Source: Candidatus Iainarchaeum sp. (lineage in GTDB: Archaea > Iainarchaeota > Iainarchaeia > Iainarchaeales > JAZDEL01). Taken from it: a stretch of DNA of 32,000 nt. The stretch lies in NCBI GenBank assembly GCA_043808785.1, contig JAZDEL010000001.1, positions 30,001-62,000 on the forward strand. Direction: 5' to 3'. The translations under genes were made by a program, and so were the position numbers. Each line of letters opens with the position of its first letter. Within the stretch, counting starts at the first letter, position 1. This document shows, in pieces, positions 7,814-15,968 of this stretch. The notes below the pieces were generated by a model that was not told the DNA's origin, searched no databases, and saw only the letters and a list, made by a program, of their open reading frames with translations.

Positions 7814-8395
7814 CGCCTGGCTCTTAGGGTTCGCCTGCAGCCATTTCCCAAGCGCCACCGCAGCCTTTGCCCTGTGCGAAATCCTGTTCTTTTCCCCAAC
7901 AGGGATTTCAACCATCGCCTTTTCATAGCCCTCGGGCACAAAGATTTTCTCGTAGGGCAGGCGGTCCTTCTCGGGAAGCACAACCTTATCCAGCAGCCTG
8001 CCTTTGCAGGAGCCTGAGAAGCACTTCTGCTCTTCCTTCCCCGCGCCCCACTTAAAGCAAATCGCAGTCCTGAATTCAGCGTTCTTATCCTCAGCAGCCT
8101 TCACAAGCGCAACCAACCCTTTGAACCCCAATTGTAAATAAACCCTCTTCGCCATCACTCCCGGAAAATCCTTATATGCGCCGAAATATATCCCCGTGTC
8201 CTCGGCAATCACCGGTTCCTTCAATTGCTCATAGGCCTGCCTCGCCTTTTCGCAGGCAACCATCTCCAGCGAACCTTCGTGCGGTTCGCTTATTTTTATT
8301 TTTTTCTGCTCAAGCTTCACGCCGCAGCGCGCAAGAATCTCCCCAATCTCGCGCACCTTGTGCTTGTTTTCCGTAGCAATGAAAATGGTACGCAT
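7808..8395 (-). CDS. Non-canonical purine NTP pyrophosphatase (HAM1/RdgB family)
   Basis: MRTIFIATENKHKVREI N-terminus, AEDTGIYF..FPGV core and SHRAKA near the C-terminus match ITPase family patterns. Confidence 0.85.
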   Translation of the reverse strand: MRTIFIATENKHKVREIGEILARCGVKLEQKKIKISEPHEGSLEMVACEKARQAYEQLKEPVIAEDTGIYFGAYKDFPGVMAKRVYLQLGFKGLVALVKAAEDKNAEFRTAICFKWGAGKEEQKCFSGSCKGRLLDKVVLPEKDRLPYEKIFVPEGYEKAMVEIPVGEKNRISHRAKAAVALGKWLQANPKSQAL

Positions 8396-8421
8396 GTTTC
8401 CAGCCCCGTTCCGTCCGCATA

Positions 8422-9363
8422 TTATTTGCCCTTCAGAAATTCTTTCGCCTGCCGCATGTATTCCTCCAGCGTGAATTCCGCCAGGTGTTTCAGGGTGTTT
8501 TTTTCCACCGAATCCATGAGTGCCCTGAAGTATTGCTCCTTTTTTGCGGAAATGTTCAGCAACGGAAAGCCTTCGTCAATCAGCGCCTTATTCAATATCA
8601 GGCGGCAAACCCTTTTGTTCCCGTCAAGAAAGGGGTGGATTTTGTAAAGCCTGTAATGTGCCTGCGCCGCCTTTTCGACAGGGTTCAGCGGCGTAGAGTT
8701 GTACCATTCCACAAACCCGTCAAGCAGCCCCCCAACCTCGCCGTGATGCGGCGGCCTGTAGCCTATCTCCCTGCCTTTCGGATTTTGCACATCCCTTGCC
8801 TGCAGGTAAACCTGCCCCTCCCTGATTTTTCCGGGCGTTTTCCCTTCAAAGCCCGCCATTATGGTTTTGTGCAGGCCGAGAATGTATTGCCTGTCTAGGG
8901 CATGCTTTTCTTTTATGGATTCGACCGCATTCAGCATGTTCTTGCTTATCCGCTCCCGCGCACTGAAACCGCCTTCCTTTTTAAAAGCGTTCCTGACATC
9001 TTCCAGCCCGACATCGACTTCTTCCGTTGTCAGTGTTGACAGGGTAAAAAGGATAGTGCTGTCCACTTCATATTTTCTCCGCCTTACCGCGGAAAGCGCG
9101 GCAAACTTCCTGTTAAATGCATCCCTGATAAGCAGCGCCTTTATCACGCTGTCCTTTGAAATGAGTTCCGCGGCATATTCCTTTCCCGCGAGTTTCAAGA
9201 TTATTTCCCGCCTGAATGATTCCCCGATTTTAGCCAGCCCCCCCTTCGCGGGCTTTTTGGTGCCGACATATTTGCTGAATGTTTTTGATTTCGCCAAGGT
9301 GCGGTAGCCCAAATCAAGATAATAGTATTTTTTATCGTGGATTGTTTTTGTGCGCAGCTTCAT
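8422..9363 (-). CDS. fic: Fic family protein (AMPylase-type Fido domain)
   Basis: Fic motif HPFLDGNKRVCR (HxFx[DE]GN[GK]R). Confidence 0.85.
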   Translation of the reverse strand: MKLRTKTIHDKKYYYLDLGYRTLAKSKTFSKYVGTKKPAKGGLAKIGESFRREIILKLAGKEYAAELISKDSVIKALLIRDAFNRKFAALSAVRRRKYEVDSTILFTLSTLTTEEVDVGLEDVRNAFKKEGGFSARERISKNMLNAVESIKEKHALDRQYILGLHKTIMAGFEGKTPGKIREGQVYLQARDVQNPKGREIGYRPPHHGEVGGLLDGFVEWYNSTPLNPVEKAAQAHYRLYKIHPFLDGNKRVCRLILNKALIDEGFPLLNISAKKEQYFRALMDSVEKNTLKHLAEFTLEEYMRQAKEFLKGK

Positions 9364-9368
9364 GCATT

Positions 9369-9465
9369 ATTTAGGCTAACAAAAGTATTTAAAATAGTTA
9401 GCCTAAATTTGCGGTTCACCATTTAGGCTAACAAAAAACTGCAATAGTGTCAGCCTAACTGCCCG
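9369..9465. promoter_or_regulatory. Tandem palindromic operator-like repeats around the fic TATA box
   Basis: ATTTAGGCTAACAAAA occurs at 9369-9384 and 9421-9436. Inverted partners are GTTAGCCTAAAT (9398-9409) and GTCAGCCTAA (9449-9458). A TATTTAAAATA box lies between the first pair, 23-33 nt upstream of the fic ATG. Confidence 0.6.
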
Positions 9466-9471
9466 CGCGCC

Positions 9472-10401
9472 TCACAGCCCCAGCTGCGAAATCATTCCCT
9501 TTATGCTCTTCACAGCCTCTGAAAACAGCCCCTTCTCTTTCTCATCAAGCTCGAGCTCGACAACCTTCTCCGCCCCCGTTGCCCCGACCCTCACAGGCAC
9601 GCCGATGCAGACATCATTATGCCCGTACTCCCCTTCCAAAAGAACCGAGCACGCGAGTATTTTCTTCTTGTCCTTCAAAACGCACTCCGCCATTTCAGCA
9701 AGCGCCATCGCGGGTGAATAATAAGCCGAACCCTGCTGGAGTAGGGCAACAATTTCAGCGCCCGCGTTCCTCGTGTGCTTAACTGCCTCTTCAATCCTCT
9801 TCTCATGCATTAATTCAGTAATCGGTATCCCCGAAACAGTTGAATAGCGGGGCAAAGGAACCATTGTTTCCCCGTGCGACCCCAGCACCATTGCCTTTAT
9901 GTTCTCGTGGCTAACCCCTAATTCGGAAGCGATAAAACTCGCAAACCTTGCGCTGTCCAGCACGCCCGCCATTCCCAAAACTCTTCCCCTTTCAAAACCG
10001 CTCTTTTTCAGCGCCAAATAAGTCATAACATCCAGCGGGTTTGTTGCGACAATAAGCGCCGCATCTGGTGAATATGCCGCGGCATTTTCAGCAATTCCCC
10101 CCACAATTTTCGCGTTCGCCCCGAGGAGTTCCTCCCTTGTCATTCCCGGCTTCCTTGCCAATCCTGCAGTAACAATAACCAAATCCGAACCCGCGGTTTC
10201 CGCAATATCCGCGCTTCCCCTCACGGAGCAGTTTGCCCCGTCTATGGGCATGCCGTGGGTTAAATCAAGCGCCTTTCCCTTTGCAATGCCCTCCGCAACA
10301 TCAATGAGAACAACATCCCCGAGCCTGCGGTTAAGGGTTATATGTGCAGTTGTGGCGCCCACATTCCCAGCGCCGATAATGCTTATTTTCCTCTGCGCCA
10401 T
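9472..10401 (-). CDS. mdh: Malate dehydrogenase (LDH-like family)
   Basis: GAGNVGATTAH Rossmann motif. GLARKPGMTREEL has Arg at the substrate-discriminating position. LDSARF and SHGETMVP motifs present. Confidence 0.9.
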   Translation of the reverse strand: MAQRKISIIGAGNVGATTAHITLNRRLGDVVLIDVAEGIAKGKALDLTHGMPIDGANCSVRGSADIAETAGSDLVIVTAGLARKPGMTREELLGANAKIVGGIAENAAAYSPDAALIVATNPLDVMTYLALKKSGFERGRVLGMAGVLDSARFASFIASELGVSHENIKAMVLGSHGETMVPLPRYSTVSGIPITELMHEKRIEEAVKHTRNAGAEIVALLQQGSAYYSPAMALAEMAECVLKDKKKILACSVLLEGEYGHNDVCIGVPVRVGATGAEKVVELELDEKEKGLFSEAVKSIKGMISQLGL

Positions 10402-10497
10402 GAAAAATTACGGTGTGGGAAGGGTTAAAAACCGTGCCTTGCGCGGGTTTTGGGGTGGCGTTTTTACGCCAAATTTTTGCCCCCAAACCCGCACCGG

Positions 10498-10550
10498 AAC
10501 AGCCTTTTCGGAGCGCGGGCATAGCCCGCTTCCAAAAGGCTGGCGAAAAC
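10498..10550. repeat. Conserved hairpin element, copy 2
   Basis: Same arms as 6141-6205, with a short CATAG loop. Confidence 0.7.
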
Positions 10551-10552
10551 TT

Positions 10553-10585
10553 GCACCGGAAATCAACCCTCCATCCGTTTAAAAA
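10553..10585 (+). promoter_or_regulatory. Conserved 20-mer + TATA module, copy 1
   Basis: GCACCGGAAATCAACCCTCC, then 5 nt, then TTTAAAAA. Lies upstream of the 10640 ORF. Confidence 0.55.
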
Positions 10586-10639
10586 CCCGCGCACCGAGAT
10601 ATTACTTCTGCCACTAATTTTTTTGGCACAGGTGTAACT

Positions 10640-10879
10640 ATGGCCATCATCGACGTTTCCGCACTAAGGCTTAACCTGCACATAGGCAGCCTTAACATAA
10701 CCCTCGACCTCGGCAACAAAAAAACGCGGAGGAACCTTTCCAAACTTTCCTTTTTCGCGGGGCTCTGCGTGCTGCTTGCGGGGGTTTTGTTTTACAATTC
10801 AATTCCAGCGCCCTTCAGCACGGGAATAATTCTCGCGGGGGCGATGCTTGTCGCGGCCTCCAATTTGCTGTTCGGGTGA
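10640..10879 (+). CDS. Hypothetical small membrane protein
   Basis: 79 aa with two predicted C-terminal TM helices. Positioned downstream of promoter module copy 1. Confidence 0.4.
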   Translation: MAIIDVSALRLNLHIGSLNITLDLGNKKTRRNLSKLSFFAGLCVLLAGVLFYNSIPAPFSTGIILAGAMLVAASNLLFG

Positions 10880-10919
10880 GGGCGAAACCAATAATAACCG
10901 CAAAAGCGTTATTTAACAT

Positions 10920-11588
10920 ATGAGACTTGCCCTCAATCCCGCCAACAAAGAAAGGATGCGCCTTTTGAAAAAACTGGTCAACGAGGCGTGGCAGACAAGG
11001 AGGACTTTCCAAAGCCAAACCCCGAAATCAAGGCATGCCGAAACCGCAAAACGCCTGAATATTTTCAGGGTGCGCAGGGATGCAAAAATGGTTTTGGTCG
11101 CGGAAAATGCCGGCTACGGCACCATTAGGATTGTCGCATTCCCGAAGATGAATGATTGGCGAACTTTCGAACGTGCGGAAAAGATACTTGAGGACAAGGG
11201 GCCCGCCTCCTTAAACCGCGGCGGGATAGGGACAATCGAGCTTGTTAAACGCTCCAAATACCTAATGCTCTCCTACTCCCAAAACCAGTTCATTACGGGG
11301 CACGGTGAAGAGGCGGGGAAGCACACCGTACCGCGCGGCAAGGCGGCACAGTATCTTGGCTGGAGATACCGCGCCTTAAGGGAGGCGGTGCTCATTGCAA
11401 ATGAAAAGGGCGTTCCGTTATACATTCCCGAGCGGGAGTGCGTGAAACCGAATTTTGTGGAGGATTTGGATAAGGCGTGCTTGGAAATTGGGCTTCATGA
11501 GGTTAAAAAGCCACGTCCCGCTTATGCAGACGGAAGAAAAACGGTAGTGTTTGTCGGTGACGACCCGAGCCGGAGATATTTTTCCTGA
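10920..11588 (+). CDS. Hypothetical protein
   Basis: 222-aa ORF with no overlapping alternative of comparable length. No motif recognised. Confidence 0.6.
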   Translation: MRLALNPANKERMRLLKKLVNEAWQTRRTFQSQTPKSRHAETAKRLNIFRVRRDAKMVLVAENAGYGTIRIVAFPKMNDWRTFERAEKILEDKGPASLNRGGIGTIELVKRSKYLMLSYSQNQFITGHGEEAGKHTVPRGKAAQYLGWRYRALREAVLIANEKGVPLYIPERECVKPNFVEDLDKACLEIGLHEVKKPRPAYADGRKTVVFVGDDPSRRYFS

Positions 11589-11690
11589 AGCCGCTTTGGG
11601 CATAACAAACAAACGTCTCCGCGGAATAAAAATTTAACCCGCGTTGGTTCGGTTGGCTTGCGGCGAACTCTGCGTCGGTTCGGCGGGTTC

Positions 11691-11723
11691 GCACCGGAAA
11701 TCAACCCTCCGCAGGTTTTTAAA
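11691..11723 (+). promoter_or_regulatory. Conserved 20-mer + TATA module, copy 2
   Basis: The 20-mer is identical to copy 1, then 5 nt, then TTTTTAAA. The ATG of the next gene lies 33 nt after the box. Confidence 0.55.
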
Positions 11724-11755
11724 CGCCGCGCGGCATGAATTAATAGTGGGCGGAT

Positions 11756-12343
11756 ATGCTTGGAAAAAAGCCGAAAGGCGTGAAGCCGACCGAGGAAAGG
11801 ATAAAGTCCATACAGGCAAGGGCAGGCAAAATAAGCAAAATCCTGCATAGCACGAAAGAGGTCGAGGCAAGGATTAATGCCGCAATCGCCCGCTCCTGCA
11901 CGCTTGTATTGGGCGACCATAAAAACCTTAACCTGCTGAAGAAGGTTTCGGAGAGCATGGAAAAGGCGCGCATACCGAGCTTCTGGGCGAAAATCGACGG
12001 GAGCAACGTAAACGACATCCTCAAGTCCAAACTATTCATGAAGGACTCGGACTTTATCGTGATGATTGACGGCAGGGGCGCGGGAACAGTGGGAGAGTCT
12101 CACTACGCAATCTCAAACGAGAAGATTGCGTCGAAACTGCACCTCTTTGTGCACTCCTCGAACGAAAAGGACGTCTGGGACTACAAAAAGCACTATGTAT
12201 TTTTCCCGCGCTTCGGATTCTGGGATTCGGAAAAGTCGCTCCTTGAATCCGCGGCGAAGGTTGCGGAGAAGGAAATCCGCCGCCTTGCATACCTCGAAAT
12301 AGTGAGGGAAACGCAGTGCTGGGGCTGCCCGAAATATGCTTAG
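11756..12343 (+). CDS. Hypothetical protein with a possible nucleoside 2-deoxyribosyltransferase-like motif
   Basis: 195-aa ORF. SDFIVMIDGRGAGTVGESHYAI resembles the D-x-GT-x-x-E-x-x-x-A signature of NDT-like Rossmann proteins (weak, by eye). Confidence 0.6.
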   Translation: MLGKKPKGVKPTEERIKSIQARAGKISKILHSTKEVEARINAAIARSCTLVLGDHKNLNLLKKVSESMEKARIPSFWAKIDGSNVNDILKSKLFMKDSDFIVMIDGRGAGTVGESHYAISNEKIASKLHLFVHSSNEKDVWDYKKHYVFFPRFGFWDSEKSLLESAAKVAEKEIRRLAYLEIVRETQCWGCPKYA

Positions 12344-12374
12344 GGGATTGTACGGGAAAAAGTTAAATATATGA

Positions 12375-12653
12375 ATGGCTGAATATAGGTGTATGGGCAT
12401 GGAAAACCTGAACAACTGGCTTGAGTTTGTTTCCGACAGCGGCGTTTTGAGCGTCCTGCTCTACCTCCGCGAATACAACCCTTCGGTAAGGATTAAGGAT
12501 ATGGGCGAAAACCTCGGCATAGGCGCAGGGAAAATCAGGGATATAGTTTCACAATTGGGCAGGGAACAGATGGTGCAGGTAAGCGGCGGAGGGTATGTGC
12601 GCCTTACCGCACGCGGCAATGTTGCTGTTGAAAGGCTGATGGAGATAGGCTGA
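12375..12653 (+). CDS. Small winged-helix DNA-binding protein
   Basis: LSVLLYLREY..VRIKDMGENLGIGAGKIRDIVSQLGREQMVQV..YVRLTARG fits a helix-turn-helix plus wing pattern. The start may be Met 12393 or 12399, given the TAAATATA box at 12362-12369. Confidence 0.6.
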   Translation: MAEYRCMGMENLNNWLEFVSDSGVLSVLLYLREYNPSVRIKDMGENLGIGAGKIRDIVSQLGREQMVQVSGGGYVRLTARGNVAVERLMEIG

Positions 12654-12843
12654 ATAACCTTGTTTGCCTTTTTGGGTTCGCTTAATTTTGTACCTTCAAT
12701 CCTGCGCCTATTCCTTTCCCAACCTCTTAATTATCCCCGCCGCCACGGCAACCTCTATCAGGCTCAAAGGCACGGCAAAAACAAGCGTCCCGGCGCCAGG
12801 AGGCAATAATAACCTTTATAAAAAACGCCAGCGTTATAGTGTT

Positions 12844-13236
12844 ATGGTGCAATACCCTTCAGTGGAGAAAATAACCGAGATGAATGCGCTTGCCCTCAGT
12901 ATCATCTATGCCAAAAAGGCTGATGAGGCAAAGGTACTGAGCAGGGCAAAAATAACCGAAGTTATCGGGGATTGCGAGGGTTTTAACGGGGACATTTATG
13001 ATAAGGCAGTTGTATTGCTCAAGGGCATAGTCCAGAAGCATCCCTTTGCCAGCGGGAACAGGCGCACTGCATTCCTCGCAATGAAATATTTTTTGCTTGC
13101 CAACAAGGCAAGGCTTGGGATTGAAGATAACCCCGCGAATGCGAGAATCCTGCAGGGCGTAAGGGAAAATTATTATTCAGATGCGGAACTTAAGGAGTGG
13201 GTAAAAAATGGCAAAATCAGGCAATTCTCAAGATAA
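12844..13236 (+). CDS. doc: Doc (death-on-curing) / Fic-fold toxin
   Basis: HPFASGNRRTAF Fido motif in a ~130-aa protein. CTTTATAAAAA box ends about 20 nt upstream of ATG 12844. The 60-codon upstream extension from 12664 has no coding character. Confidence 0.8.
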   Translation: MVQYPSVEKITEMNALALSIIYAKKADEAKVLSRAKITEVIGDCEGFNGDIYDKAVVLLKGIVQKHPFASGNRRTAFLAMKYFLLANKARLGIEDNPANARILQGVRENYYSDAELKEWVKNGKIRQFSR

Positions 13237-13330
13237 GTTAAGGTGCAAAATAGTCTCGGAAGAGTTGGCGGAATTCAACAAGCTCGTGCGCGGGCACAGG
13301 AAACTGCTGGTTGCAATAGGCGAGCTTTAA
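13208..13330 (+). CDS. Candidate 40-aa ORF overlapping the doc 3' end
   Basis: ATG..TAA encodes MAKSGNSQDKLRCKIVSEELAEFNKLVRGHRKLLVAIGEL, which looks helical. Overlaps doc by 29 nt. Too short for the ORF track. No motif recognised. Confidence 0.25.
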   Translation: MAKSGNSQDKLRCKIVSEELAEFNKLVRGHRKLLVAIGEL

Positions 13331-13359
13331 CGCGCCCCGCGCCTGCGTCCGCCTCGTTT

Positions 13360-13377
13360 GCGCGGTTCGCGCGCGGT
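13360..13377 (+). repeat. GC hairpin 18-mer GCGCGGTTCGCGCGCGGT, copy 1
   Basis: Perfect repeat of 14405-14422. A near-identical inverted copy (one extra C) lies at 26082-26100. Confidence 0.7.
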
Positions 13378-13479
13378 CGGTTGCATTTTCCCCAATCCAC
13401 CTTACTGCGCGGCAAAACTCGCTTTGCCACATTTTTTAAGCAAATTGTTGCATTTATATGCCTGTTAGGGATGGTCTGG

Positions 13480-14382
13480 ATGAATGAGAAAGAGAAAATA
13501 ACAAAGCTGCATTCGGCGGCTAGGAAATACTGCTTCGACGGGCTGGAGCGCTTGCGTGTCAAAGGCAAACCAGGTGATGACGGTGCAAGCCTGCTTAGGG
13601 ATATGTTGTCTGACATGCTCAAGAATCTCTTTTGTGCCATTCTATTTCAGATTGAGAAGTTTGACCCTGATGAATTTGGCAAGCCCGGGCTTAATTCGCT
13701 GGAGGTCGCAAGGGCCAAATTCATTGAAGCGGGAAAAAAAGCGCAGTTTGCCAGCAACAGCTTAATTGCGGAAGGGGTGCTTAAAAGGCTTGACAATTAT
13801 GTTTGCGATGCAAAGGATACGCCGATAGCGAAGGCAAGTAATGAAATAATGTCGTTCTGCGATTATGTCGCCAACATTAGCGAAAATGATTTGGCCTGTG
13901 TAGAGGACGTGCCTTACCGGCACGTTTTGCCGGAAGCGATTGCCGATAAACAGTTCATGCGAATGGTTAAGAAATGGGATATGACGATTGAGAAATATCA
14001 TCCTGAGTATAGTGAACTTTTTTGGTGGCCGCTCGCCGAAACAAAATGCCGTGACTTAATTGCCTTGAATTCCGCCCCATTTGAGAAACGGGGGCTTGCA
14101 GGGATCAGGGATATTCTGAGAAAGCACGGCGTCAAAAGAGTGCTGGTGCTTAACTACGGCGATTATTCATATGAAGCAGACCTTTCCATTTTTGACCCCC
14201 GGGCGCAATATTATCCCCAATGGCGCGTGTTTTGCACATCTGAAAAAATGGACTGGGTAATTTACCTTTCCCATGAATCCTCAATCACATTCGGTGGCAA
14301 ATGGCTGGTAGCCAAGGTAAAGAAGGCATATCCTGAATGGAAGTCGCTGGTTTATAGCAGGCTGTTCGAAAATGTCGACTGA
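13480..14382 (+). CDS. Hypothetical protein
   Basis: Start placed at ATG 13480 (or 13471), just downstream of the TTTATAT box at 13453-13459. The ORF-track extension to 13243 crosses the repeat and terminator region. No motif recognised. Confidence 0.65.
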   Translation: MNEKEKITKLHSAARKYCFDGLERLRVKGKPGDDGASLLRDMLSDMLKNLFCAILFQIEKFDPDEFGKPGLNSLEVARAKFIEAGKKAQFASNSLIAEGVLKRLDNYVCDAKDTPIAKASNEIMSFCDYVANISENDLACVEDVPYRHVLPEAIADKQFMRMVKKWDMTIEKYHPEYSELFWWPLAETKCRDLIALNSAPFEKRGLAGIRDILRKHGVKRVLVLNYGDYSYEADLSIFDPRAQYYPQWRVFCTSEKMDWVIYLSHESSITFGGKWLVAKVKKAYPEWKSLVYSRLFENVD

Positions 14383-14402
14383 GCCCGCCTGCCGCCCCAC
14401 GC

Positions 14403-14426
14403 CCGCGCGGTTCGCGCGCGGTTTTT
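14403..14426 (+). terminator. GC hairpin followed by T5
   Basis: CCGCGCG-gttcg-CGCGCGG-TTTTT, 20 nt after the stop codon at 14380-14382. Confidence 0.55.
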
Positions 14427-14604
14427 GGTTTGGGGGGTTTGCTGGGTTTGCCGCCCCAACCAAACTGATGCGAACCTGGCGCGGTGCGGGGGATTGCGAA
14501 ACGTGGCGAGGGGGCAGGCGTCCCCCCAGTATACAGCTAACCCCTAATGCGCCTTCCGGAAGATATTAAAACAGGTAATACATACTATTTGCAGATTCCA
14601 TGGA

Positions 14605-15933
14605 GTGAAACGGATGAACGGAACGCCCTTAACTCCAGAAAAAATCGAGGAATTTTACGGCGCAATGGAATTGCGAAAAGAGCTCTCGTTTAGCGAATTA
14701 TCCCCCTCCAAATCCAACTGGGGAACCCACTCATACCACTCATACCCTGCGAAGTTCGCGCCGCCTCTAGTAAAGTACCTTGTTGAAAACTACACCCGGT
14801 CAAAAGAAATCATATGGGATCCCTTCTGCGGCTCGGGCACAGTAAATGTTGAAGCACTTCGCAACAACAGAAACAGCATCGGCACAGACATAAACCCGAC
14901 AGCAATTTTAATATCGCGGACAAAGACGACCCCACTTAACCCGAAAAAACTGAAGAAGTACGGGGCAAGCCTTCTCAATAAAATTGAAAAACCAGGGCAC
15001 GGGGACGCAAAATATTTCACCAGGCAAGGAATATTAAACGGCAACCTCCCCGAACTCAGGCGGTGGTATGAAGAAGATGCATTGATGGATCTTGCAAAAA
15101 TTTTATTGGCAACTAAAAAAGTGGCTGCTCCCGAACCATATAAGCAATTTGCATTATGTTGCTTCTCATCCATATTAAAAAAAACTTCATATTGGCTAAA
15201 GACAAGTGTCAAGTCGCAATTTGATTACTCGCAAACTCCAGCAAAGCCAATTCGGTCTTTTGAGAACAGTTTTTGCCGCATGGAAAAAATGAATGAGGAT
15301 TTTTATAACGAATCAAAAAACAAAAAAACTTTTGCGAAGCTATACCGCCACGATGCCACAAAAGAAATGAAAAAATTCAGGAACAAAATTGACCACATAG
15401 TCACCAGCCCCCCATATTTAGTTTCTTATGAATATGGGGATATTTTTAGGCTCTCAACATATCTCCTTACTGGCTACGAGGGCCCCAATTACCTCAAATT
15501 CAAGCGGCAGTTTATCGGGACACGGCTTGAAAAAGAAGTCAAAAAAGAAGACTCAACACGCAAAATATTTAATGAGGCGGCAGGCATAGGTTCAGGCGAA
15601 TCCGAAGGAAAGGCGAAAAGTGCATTAAACTATTACCAAGAAATGGCTAACTTTTTCCAAAATGCAAAACTCCACTTAAGGAAAAAAGGCAAGCTTACGC
15701 TGGTCGTCGGGGATGCAGTAATAAATGGGCAAAAAGTGCCAAACGCATACATCCTCTCCAAAATAGCCGAAACTAAAGGGTTTGCAATAGAGGAAAAATT
15801 CAAGCGGGAAATAGGCAGGAAAAACCTGCCTAGCTTTAGGGATAAAACAACTGGCAAATTTGTGCACAAAAGGGACCCTAATGGGGTTTTGGCACATCCT
15901 GAGGAGTATATATTGGCGTTTAAGGTTGCATAA
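14605..15933 (+). CDS. N4-cytosine or N6-adenine DNA methyltransferase (motif I before motif IV)
   Basis: SYPAKFAPPLVKYLV..IWDPFCGSGT (AdoMet motif I) near residue 75 and IVTSPPY (catalytic motif IV) near residue 268, with a ~190-aa putative target-recognition region between them. The start may be ATG 14614. Confidence 0.85.
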   Translation: MKRMNGTPLTPEKIEEFYGAMELRKELSFSELSPSKSNWGTHSYHSYPAKFAPPLVKYLVENYTRSKEIIWDPFCGSGTVNVEALRNNRNSIGTDINPTAILISRTKTTPLNPKKLKKYGASLLNKIEKPGHGDAKYFTRQGILNGNLPELRRWYEEDALMDLAKILLATKKVAAPEPYKQFALCCFSSILKKTSYWLKTSVKSQFDYSQTPAKPIRSFENSFCRMEKMNEDFYNESKNKKTFAKLYRHDATKEMKKFRNKIDHIVTSPPYLVSYEYGDIFRLSTYLLTGYEGPNYLKFKRQFIGTRLEKEVKKEDSTRKIFNEAAGIGSGESEGKAKSALNYYQEMANFFQNAKLHLRKKGKLTLVVGDAVINGQKVPNAYILSKIAETKGFAIEEKFKREIGRKNLPSFRDKTTGKFVHKRDPNGVLAHPEEYILAFKVA

Positions 15934-15968
15934 TGGCATAATAATGTTTCCCAACAAATAGCATAAGC

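Noticed and set aside
11640-11690. GGTTCG/GGTTTG-rich tracts (also 13331-13400, 14383-14470, 26082-26125) as remnants of a coding gene; antisense translations repeatedly give ANPANP/RANRA
   Set aside because: No consistent frame or synonymous-substitution pattern links the copies, unlike the 19463/22013 pair. They are better explained as non-coding GC-rich hairpin/terminator repeats.
12664-12843. 60-codon N-terminal extension of the doc ORF
   Set aside because: It contains the promoter-like CTTTATAAAAA box and is not Doc-like. Doc proteins are about 130 aa.
13243-13479. 79-codon N-terminal extension of the 13480-14382 gene
   Set aside because: It spans the GC hairpin repeat, T-runs and a TATA-like box. 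It overlaps the candidate 40-aa ORF region.
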